NCBI GenBank assembly: GCA_000934665.2
Contig: KZ538028.1
Span: forward strand, 1-64,000
From: Catajapyx aquilonaris
Lineage: Eukaryota
Direction: 5' to 3'
DNA: 64,000 nt
The position numbers and the translations under genes were made by a program. The notes below the pieces were generated by a model that saw nothing but the letters and a program-made list of their open reading frames with translations, ran no database searches and was not told the DNA's origin. Below, piece after piece: positions 53,354 through 62,795 of the stretch (positions are counted from its first letter, which is position 1; each line of letters opens with the position of its first letter).

Positions 53354-56300
53354 ATGGGTGAGTGAGTCTCCTGCACTTGACCTCATTTCAGGAGCCATAA
53401 GGCGCCACACACGACATTGGATATATTAATAGCGGATATTTGCACTGTATGTGACAGACGCTTAGAAAATGCGTTATCAGATAATGGGAGATAACAGGTG
53501 GCTATAGGCAGTGGTGTGGCGAACAAAGGTAGTATAGTCCGGGATGAGTCAACACAGGAGTCACAGGCGGAGGCAGGGATCCATGGACTACGTGGGCGGC
53601 AACCGTTTCCGTACGTGCCTCTTCACATGGGTTTGGCCTGCGGAATACTGCAAATAAGTTTAAGCGTCGCAATTATTTGCAATCAAAAGTAATGTGGACT
53701 TGCTATTTGCTGTAGCTGTGATATTACCTGCAGATTAGAGAGAATTCACCCACAAAATATTAATGACCAAATTTTGTTACAATAGTAATCATCATCACCA
53801 TTTCCCTAACAAATGGGGGCCAGCAAATAATTAGGAAAAGGCCCTCTTTATCCTCACAATAGTAGTAATAATACACAGCCGGCATTGGTGGACTAGTGGT
53901 CAGCGAGCTCGCCTCTGGTCCCAAGGTTGTGGGTTCGAACCCGGCCGAGGTCGGTGACTTTCCTCCGGGTGGTAGAAAAGTGAGAGTGCGCCTTCCTTCG
54001 GAGGGGAAGTAAAGCCGTCGGTCCCGTGTGCTTGTGACATTGCGCGAGTGCACGTTAAAGATCCCCAGAGTGGCCAAATTTCCAGGAGGAGGACCACCCC
54101 CTGGCCTTAGAGCAGAAATAGGCCGACGTTAAGCCCCACTGAACCCAGTAGTAATAATACACTGTACTTCAGATTATCTGGGTGCGGATTATCTGTGCAT
54201 CACCAAAGCAAAGGAAATAGTTCCAGTACGAAAAAAAATGTATGTCTTGCAAATTAAGAAATATTGCCAACTTTTTCCAGAAGACAGACTAAAAATGTAT
54301 TGAAAGTTTCATTATTTTGACTCTAAAGCAGAGTAAAGTATGTACTCTATATCGCTCAAAAAGATGGAGATGATTTTGCATTTGTTTCCATGCAAAATCA
54401 TCTCTATCTTTTTGAGCGATATAGTACAGTGGTTCACTTAAAACCTCAGAACAGCTCACTTTTACGGTATTTAGAACCTTCTGATTATCCATGTTTTTAA
54501 AATTATCTGGCGACACCTGCACAATCATTAGCCGGGGTAATCAGCAGTACAGTTAATAAAAATGAGGTCCAGCTTAGCTGTGTGAATGACCATATTTTTG
54601 TGTAACTCGGTAGCAAATTTTGTCACGTGCTATTTATACCCATCTCATCTTAGGACAAGAGTGTGAATCATGCATGACACGGATCCCATACGGCACCCTG
54701 ATTGCGACCATCCTGTGTGTCGTTGGGGTGGGGGTGTTCTGCGGTGGGGCGTACCGTGGAGCGATGCTGGCTCGGCTGATGTTGGAGAAGGTGTTCTACG
54801 TTCAACCAGGGTGGCTTGAGCCTACCCAGATGGCGCTGGTGGTGCTTGGAGCATGCACAGGTGCTGTGGGGCTGCTGGTGCTGGTGGTTGGCTGCCTGGC
54901 CACGGGAGAGACCCGCACCCGCGTCTACAGGGCTTGGAGGGCCAGGGTTGGCGGACGGGTCTCCTGCGGGGTTCTGATGGGCCTCTGCTACCTGCTGTGG
55001 ATGGCCTGGTGCTTGGTGTTCCTCTTCGTGGCCTCCGTGACTGTCACCTGCACCTTCTGCTTCCTGCTGTGCTACCACATGAGCGGGGAGGCCAACCACC
55101 AAACCATCGATTTCCAGCAGTTCTGGTTCCTGTTTCCAGAGGGAACTAAGAGGGAGCACATGATCCTCTCCAAGCAGGAGCAGGTCAGGGAATTCTGCAA
55201 GGACTACATTGAAAGGGCTGAGGTCATGTTTGGTGTCGCCTTGATTGCTGCCTTCATTGTCGTGCTGAGCCTGGTGAGTGACAAGAGCATGGAATATTGA
55301 CTCATGTGCTATTTCACTAGCCATGAAAATCTCATACTGTGAGCACATATTGTAAGATATTAATTTTACAAGGTAACTTGCATTTTCTCCATCATTTTTG
55401 GAGGACCTCAGTAATAACATGTCAGTTTCAAACTAATCTACCAGTTCTGCTCTATGTATCAGTAAACAACATGTTTTATGCAAACTGAGTGGTTGGCTAG
55501 CGCATCCCAGATGGTCATAGAGCACAGGCATGTCCCATGACACAATTCCCATGATGTTGCCTTTCATTGGTGAAAGTTTGGATCCAGATGGGTAATCACT
55601 GATAATTGTGGCTGGGATGGAGCTTACTGCATTCATTGCAACTGTTACCTTCAACCACTGGGTGTGTAATTTTAATGAGACGCCTAGTAATGAGTATTAC
55701 AGGGAATACTGAGGTGTACTGTTATGAAATGAAGTTCACACAAAATAAGAAACAAGTGAAACTTATATGCAGTGTGTATATATTTGATTCGTTTAGCAGG
55801 TCGAGTACTACAGTAATTCATAAATGAGCCAAGGATAACAGAAAATATTTATTCGTATTGCATTTCCCAACAAATCCTAAAATGCATGGTCACCAAGATT
55901 AACACAAATTTTGTCAAGTTAGTACATTATCACTGCAATAATAGTAATGACAAAAATTGGTACTCTCCATGCCTAACACTGAATTGTGCATGAGAATTTA
56001 CTAATGCCGCTGTATGCTCAGTCTCTTATTGCTTTGATATCACAAGCTGGCAGTGAAAGTGATGAAGTGGTTTGTACATATCAAGAGTCATTGTTTAGTC
56101 CATTGCCGCATTAGTGAATTCTACAGCTACAATTCAATGTTGCTGGTGTAGGGCACTGCTGACAGTCATGGTTAATTCTTAATGATAATTACATTTGATT
56201 TGAGAAAAATTTGCCTAGGTCGACAGTACACTTCCAATCCCACAAAAACAGTTGAGGTCATTTTTCCTCTCGCAATAAATTCAGTGTCCATCTAGGGGGG

Positions 56301-56672
56301 GTCACAGAACTGAATTATTGGTACTCGCGGTTGAAACTGAATAACATATTCCTCAATTCTCCACCAACATTAACCTGCAGTAAAAATTAAAATAATTTCA
56401 TGTTTTTGCACATGTGCAAATTCCTCAGGGAAGGAGCCAGAGAGTTCAAAAAATTCATTGCATATGGCATTTAACATGTTACGAAACATAAATTTCAATT
56501 GGTATAATTGCACACAAGACTAACAGAAGCCTCTCACTTGCAGACACACTACCTAATGTGTCTGTCAGCCAACTACGCCCACATCAAGGACCACGAGAAG
56601 CTCCAGGACCTGCAGGAGATGCAGTTCCTGCATGAGTCGGAGATGTCCGCTCTGTCCAAGGACCGCTTCTAG
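53354..56672 (+). CDS. M6: Proteolipid protein M6 (PLP/DM20/GPM6 family)
   Basis: Exons 53354-53357 (ATG G only, as in PLP1), 54654-55273, 56544-56672. CESCMTRIPYGTLIATILC, GCLATG.TR, GGRVSC, HYLMCLSANYAHIKD and four TM segments. Confidence 0.93.
53877..54146 (+). mobile_element. tRNA-derived SINE with Nin/Deu-type central domain
   Basis: A box TGGACTAGTGG, B box GGTTCGAACCC, core GTAAAGCCGTCGGTCCC...GCACGTTAAAGA. Perfect 16-bp duplication AGTAGTAATAATACAC (53861-53876 and 54147-54162). Confidence 0.9.
54347..54427. mobile_element. Palindromic MITE-like family A, copy 3
   Basis: CTATATCGCTCAAAAAGAT...ATCTTTTTGAGCGATATAG. Confidence 0.8.
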
Positions 56673-57442
56673 GATGCAGCACAAGAGATCTTCCGAGGAG
56701 AGGCCTGGGCCACGCAGCTGGCCACCTTGATGGACCCAGGGTCCGCCTATGGGTCCCGATCATCTACCCCTTCCTTCAACAGGAGGAACCTGTAGAGCAG
56801 CTGACTCTTGCCTCTCATCGGCAGACCTCTTGGGCAGGTTGTCAGCGAGTCAGCAGCCTAGGAGGAGGAAATGACCTCCTTCGTGGCTGACTCCCAGACA
56901 CTGCCACTTACTCTGTCTGCACTTGTACATTTCCAGTAGCTCTTTAATCATGCATTAATCACTGGGGCCACACAATCACACTATGCATTCCATTTGATCC
57001 GTCCGGATTGTTGCATTTAATGCGCACATTTTGTACTTACCATATTTTATAAACTGTGCAGTGGAATCTACTCACAATGAACATTTTGTTACGATATTCT
57101 AACAATATATGTGTTAGTTGTTATGTTGCCTACTAGTTAGAACATTTAACGGCAACTGTATCATTAGCCTTTTAAAAAAGTAGGAAGCTGCTGAGTGCAA
57201 TTAGATTGACAACTGGCAGCAAATTAAAGTACTTGCAAGTAACTTGCAATTATAATTTTATATCCAATTAATAACTGGGGGGAAATGATGGTTGTGTCAT
57301 TATAAGTGGATTCCACTACATTGTGACTACATTTTTACAAAATAAAGTAGTATTTATCCCTCCCTTCGTTTGTAACGCTATCAACTTTAAATATAAAACT
57401 TGTATTCTGATTGTCACTTGCTTTTTTTGACCCCCATTGTCA

Positions 57443-60400
57443 TCACGTGCGACCTCTCTGTCCTCCGTCACTGTTGACGAGCCATTCAAGAACCTTAGGC
57501 ATGAGAGCCATCCGCCCTTGCAGTCCTTGGGGAAGGGGCTGACTCGGACGGTATGTCTTGACACCATCACCGTGCCCACCATCTTTTACCTTTACGATGT
57601 CAGATTTGGAGCTGAAAGACACTTTCATCCCGTCACTGAACTCAACTTCCACTTCCCCGCTTGACAGTTGCGTTGCCAGTCCAACCCCGGGAACCTTGGT
57701 GCGCTTCATAACTAGGCGGCGCCCCTGCATTGAGTTCACGCTAGACGTAGGCGGAACATTCTCCTTGCCTCGCAGGATGTTTTTGTCATAGGTCTGTGTT
57801 GGCGGGTCAGTCGTAGGTCTCCTACCCAGCACTATGGGGAAGTAGAAAGAGGAATTTGATCCTCGAGATGACTCCGTCATAGAAGTTGCACTTGACGCCA
57901 TCATGGATCCCATTCCTGTCACATGAGTTTGCAAACCCTCAATAGCAGCCTCGATTCGAAGGCAGTGTTGAAGGCAGTCAAATGTATGTGACAGAAGGTC
58001 AGAGGCATTGGGACCCAAGCCTGGGGCCAAACCATGGACCAACACACTGGCAGACAGCTGGTGAGATTTCCCATTACGCTCAATTACCTTCACACCCTCT
58101 GTTGTCCGTGTCACTTTCCCACCTGCAAGGAAAGAGGGGAATGACGACGTGCACTTGCATTGCTATGGACACATGACATTTGAAACTAACCTTTATAAAA
58201 TACAGCTTCCACGTCTGAGTTGGGCGAGTTCTCCATTAGCATGAATTTCGACCTGGGGCTGTAGAAGGTAATCTTGGGTGTCTTGGCCCTGACCAAGTTC
58301 ACAAACCGAGCAGCGTAGGTGTACTTCTTCCAGTACTTCTTCGGGAGACTCTCGTAGCCAAAGATGGCATCTGCACCCTCAGGTGCTAAGAGTGGTGGGG
58401 ACTCGCCCAGCATTGTCCCTGAAGGTGGCTTGTGCACAGCCACCCTCAGCCCATCCGATGAGACGCGATACACTTCTCCCACCCTCTCGCCTGCCTTGAG
58501 CACCTCAAGGACCACCTCCCCTGATTGGGTTATAGTCAGGACCATGTTCTTGGCCCTCTGGCGGTTTGGGCGGAGACGTTGGGAATTCAAGGGTGGGCCC
58601 AGAGTCACTTGGGATGGCTCGGGAGTTGGCACACGTTTTGGTGGATACTGTGGTTTAGGAGGACACTGGTGGTGTCTGCAGGAGCACAGATCGTAATGAG
58701 AGCATGTGGTGCAGGGGTGCGGATGGTTACACTGTGCACCAGCACTTGCCCCTGCTTCGGATCTGGGGCGGGCATGCTGGTTGGTTGGAGGGAGAGGGGC
58801 TAACTGAGGATGATGGTAAAGGGATGGCTCTGACAGGGTGGAGGCTCGCCCCAAGCCGGCACGTCCTGACCTCGCATGGAAAGGTGGTGCCACATTGCTG
58901 GGCCCAGGATACTTAGCTCTCAGGCAATTCTTCGCATCCACACAAGAAGGGTCACTCATGGCCGATTCAGGTGGTTCACTTCTTGCAGGCAAACCTGAGA
59001 ACTGATCTTTCAGGTGACTCCTGAAATAAAATATTCTGATGTAATGCACTATTTTGAAGTAATTGACATGGCAATTCACAGAACGTATTTGTACTGTACA
59101 GTCTACGTTACTGCGTATTTATTAATATGGCTCACTCTCACAATGAATGAACGGATTTCATATTTTGGGAATATTCATGAATATACTCAGCATACCTTTG
59201 CCTGGACAATGCTGATCCTGTAGACATGGTACAATGTCCACTGTCAATTGAACCTAGGCCAGATCCAGTAGGCCCGTGCACTTGCCTTCCGGCCCCTGTG
59301 GTCAGGAATGGGTGTGATAAAATATCCGTCAATGGTATCCTCTCCTTGGGATTCTTCCTGAGGAGCTTTTCCAGCAGGTCTTTCACTTCCCTGGAAAGCG
59401 AGTCTGGGAGGGTGAGGTCATCCATGGCCACCCGGGTCAGCGTCCCTCGAACCCCATCCACCTCCGAGTCGAACGGAGGCCTGCCCACCACCATCGAGTA
59501 GAGGAGGACTCCTACACCCCAAACATCCACTTCTAGGCCATGGGCTGCCCTGGTGGCCACCTCAGGGGATATGAAGTTAGGGGTGCCACACAAGGTCAAG
59601 TGCTTCTCATCAGCACGACGCAGCTGTGTTGCAAGGCCAAAGTCGCCTATTTTCTGTGGTTATAAGCTCCGAATTAGGTGACTGTGACATTATGGCCTTC
59701 AATCAACATTAAATTAATTTTAGGCTGCATGTTTAGCCCAACTTGGTCACCATCTTATACCAATTTGCAACTGAAGTGTTTACATGTGAGCGATTTGACA
59801 AGTGAAGCGGAGCGAAGTCATCGCCGAGTGAGGTAACCAATATTGTTTGTGGTGGAAGTAACAATCGATTTTCGCCTCAAACAATACTGGTTACTCAGCA
59901 TTATTATCGCCAATGATCAAATCGCTCACATGTAAGCCCACATTTATGATCATGCAAAAACACTCCAATGGGAATATCTTACAAGTTTCAGTACTTACAA
60001 GCTGCATGTCATGTGTGAGAAGCAGATTGGACAAGGTAAGGTCCCGGTGGAGTATCCTGTGAGAGTGCAGGTAGAGAATTCCATCGGCAAGCTGCCTGAG
60101 GAACCTTCCCGCTTCATGCTCCGGAATGGCACCTCCTTTCAGTTTGAGGTAAGCCTGCAGCTGCCCCCCGAGGCACAACTCCAGCACCAGGCACACCCGG
60201 CTGTGGTCCTCGAAGCAACCCAAGAGCGTCACCACAGAGGGATGCTTCAGCCTCGAGTGTATCTCCACCTCCTGGCGCACACGCTGCAGCAGGCCCGCAG
60301 CCCGCATCCGGCTCTTCTCTATAACCTGCCAAAATTTACAATCAGTCACACTGGGGTATGGATACCCCGTACTGTCTGGAGTGGGACATACCTTGAGCGC

Positions 60401-60634
60401 CACGTGTCTTCCCGACAACCTGCATCGTGCCCGGTACACAGAAGCGAACCCTCCTTTTCCAAGAAGCTCCACCAACTCGAAATCCTCGAACCGGGTTCCA
60501 AGAGAGGGCTGCCCAGAGGACGACGAGGCGGCAGGGGTCTCGTCCATGCAGGTGTTCGCCCCGGGGCGGCCACCGGTCTCGCCCCTGACACGACCCGCGT
60601 CTATTCGCGCGAACCGGACGGACGAAGATTCCAT
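57443..60634 (-). CDS. PLK4: Polo-like kinase 4 (SAK); start could also be the ATG at 60547
   Basis: Exons 60634-60392, 60325-59999, 59653-59196, 59020-58191, 58122-57443. GKGGFA, VALK, HRDLTLSN, DFGLATQL, CGTPNFISPE, DSGHCT degron, cryptic polo box (KKYTYAARFV..VRAKTPK, LMENSP), FPIVLGRRP, and PB3 GVGLATQL. Confidence 0.95.
59780..59935. repeat. Inverted repeat, probably a MITE, in PLK4 intron 2
   Basis: TTACATGTGAGCGATTTGA / TCAAATCGCTCACATGTAA plus an inner GTAACCAATATTGTTTG / CAAACAATACTGGTTAC pair. Confidence 0.65.
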
Positions 60635-60953
60635 TGCCGCCAAACGGACGCCATCTTGAAACCAGGTCAGACGCAGCAGGGTGGCCAGATCAAGCCACCA
60701 CTCGTAACGGTCTTGGCCGGAGGACGCACTGCACAATGGCCACGACGCCAATTTGGAAAACTGCACTGACCTGGTAACCTTGTCGTATGTAAATGTACTT
60801 GCATGGTAAAGAGGGGCTTACAGTACTTGTGGTATTTATTTGACAAAATAATATGCCGTTACGTACGTGCAGTACAATACGTCACGCAATTCATGTAACC
60901 CAGGTACGGTCATACCGCGGGTATTTTGAAGTATTGCCTTTTGATTGCTTGAT

Positions 60954-61117
60954 CGGGGGTTAGCGCGAACGCAGTCCCCCACTACCAGAAATAACGCACA
61001 CGAGTTATCCACATTTGGGATAATCGCAGGGGTCAACCCAACCGTAGTGCAATGGAAGGGCCTCGCCCTGGGACAACCGCCTTGGTGATCAAGGTATGTC
61101 CCGTGCCAGGTAAGTAT
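60954..61117 (-). ncRNA. U1: U1 spliceosomal snRNA (variant sequence), about 164 nt
   Basis: 5' ATACTTACCTGG, loop I GATCAC, loop II ATTGCAC, stem-loop III CCCAAATGTGG, Sm site TATTTCTGG, terminal GGGGGACTGCGTTCGCGCTAACCCC hairpin. Confidence 0.96.
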
Positions 61118-61141
61118 GCTTTTCCCACTGCCCACGGTCGC

Positions 61142-61149
61142 TCTCCATA
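61142..61149 (-). promoter_or_regulatory. PSEB-like element of the U1 promoter
   Basis: TATGGAGA at -32 to -25 from the U1 start, the position and near-consensus of the Drosophila Pol II snRNA PSEB. Confidence 0.6.
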
Positions 61150-61579
61150 GCGGGAGGGGACAAGCTCGCACCCCTTGGCATCCCAATCGAAAGGCTCTGG
61201 AAAATTAATTGGTCATTTAAAGAGGGAGGGGGTAATTGGACTGGATGCTGTGCAGTATGAGGCCACCTTTGCACACGTGCAATGGACAATATTAATTCGC
61301 ATTGTCGTGGGATAAATCGGAGAAGATGCGTAACGAGAGTCCGACGCCAGCGCCATCTGGACGCGGGAAGCTGCCAGGAGTCGATCGATTCCTGGCAGGA
61401 ACAGTAAAAAGAGGAGGGTGGGGAGTCCAGGGAGAGAGGGCATGAATGCTGGATGAATGGGACACGTGTCTTTTTAAAAATGGACAAGACACATTACTGC
61501 AAAAATCAAGGGGGTATTCACTATTCACTCCTCACAAAATTGTACACTGGATCACCAAAAGCATCGGATCGCCGACGGT

Positions 61580-61584
61580 AAAAA
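61580..61584 (-). terminator. Pol III terminator (T5) of the expanded 5S copy
   Basis: TTTTT 3 nt after the 3' end on the minus strand. Confidence 0.6.
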
Positions 61585-61587
61585 TGT

Positions 61588-61731
61588 TGCCAAGTGCATC
61601 CGTCATTCTAGGCTGTCACCCATCCAAGTACTACCTGCCGTACCCGGGGTCCCGGGACCTACCACGTACCACCTACGTAGCTTCGCTGATCGGACAAGAA
61701 CCGGTGCTTTCAACGCGGTATGGCCCTTGGC
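61588..61731 (-). ncRNA. 5S rRNA-derived copy with 26-nt internal expansion (144 nt); variant gene or pseudogene
   Basis: Reverse complement begins GCCAAGGGCCATACCGCGTTGAAAGCACCGGTTC and ends GGTAGTACTTGGATGGGTGAC...GCACTTGGCA. 45 nt replace the 19 nt found in the + copy. Confidence 0.85.
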
Positions 61732-61826
61732 TGAGATACGATGGGGCTGTCCGGCAGTACTCATACGTCATATCCACATTCCACACATGCTGGATCCAAG
61801 TACCCCCACGATCCACTCACCCTCTC

Positions 61827-61945
61827 GCCAAGGGCCATACCACGTTGAAAGCACCGGTTCTCGTCCGATCCCCGAAGTTAAGCAACGTCGGGCCCGGGTA
61901 GTACTTGGATGGGTGACCGCCTAGGAATGCCAGGTGCACTTGGCA
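61827..61945 (+). rRNA. 5S rRNA gene (119 nt) with a few helix mismatches
   Basis: GCCAAGGGCCATACCACGTTGAAAGCACCGGTTCTCGTCCGATC..GAAGTTAAGC..TAGTACTTGGATGGGTGACC..CTTGGCA. Box A, intermediate element and box C are present. Confidence 0.92.
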
Positions 61946-61948
61946 TCA

Positions 61949-61953
61949 TTTTT
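61949..61953 (+). terminator. Pol III terminator (T5) of the 5S gene
   Basis: TTTTT 3 nt after the 3' end. Confidence 0.7.
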
Positions 61954-62482
61954 ATTGCAATCGGCCCATACATAATGCATAGTGGATATACCTGGGATAT
62001 ACTGTTTTAACTTTTGTGTCAACATATTCGTTTGCGAGACATCGTATTTTCATACTTATTTTTAATTCTACTTGTTGCAGTTGGCGATGCACGGTAGCAC
62101 GGACCAGTGTGAGAATCCGGAGCTGCCGATACAGTATAATTATGCAGTGGTTCATTAAATAAAGTAATGATTTTTATAGCGTACGCCGTACGGTTAATTG
62201 GTATTACATTACCCTTACCGTTGATGTAACACTGATACAACGTTGCCAGTTTAGTGACACGAATGCATTATGCACGAACAACTGCAGCCTGGCAGGTCAT
62301 GTCTGACCCACCACCACCGGTGAAGTTTGAGTATTGTCTTTTGATTTGTTTATCCGCCTGCTCCTGGCAGGCGACAAGAAATTACATAAGACTCAGAGTG
62401 TACCTCTCCACGGAAATCTTTAGTAAAAGGCGAAAGATTTACACGAGGATTGAAGAGGAACCAGAGTATGAATTTCAGCTCG

Positions 62483-62795
62483 TTGTTGGTTGGTTGCAAG
62501 ATGGATAAACAGGTTTACCCTGTTTATCCATCTTGGTTGGTTGGTTTTTAGGGAAATGCCTGGCTTGTATGGCTCTTTCGTATTGAGCCTTGGCAGCCAG
62601 GGGCCAGGAGTGTTATTGACCCTCCTTAGCCGGTGGGGCTGGGTAGGATGAGGATGATGTGGGTTGGAAGGGGTTGGACGGGGACGGGTGATGAGGGCGC
62701 TGTTCTCCCCAGCCGATCGCTGGGCAAGCCAACCGTGTCAACTGGTTCGACCAGGTGCCTACATACATCGATGGTCGGGCAAGCCCTTCGTGTCG
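62483..62795 (-). mobile_element. Short retroposed insertion, probably a 5'-truncated non-LTR 3' end
   Basis: Perfect 14-bp direct repeats TGAATTTCAGCTCG (62469-62482 and 62796-62809), (CCAA)n tail on the minus strand, nested 3' stem-loop CCTGGC-GGCTC/GAGCC-GCCAGG. Confidence 0.7.

Noticed and set aside
61118..61587. Spliced-leader RNA, RNase P RNA or MRP RNA near the 5S copies or in introns
   Set aside because: No Sm site plus donor arrangement, and I saw no P4 consensus motifs.
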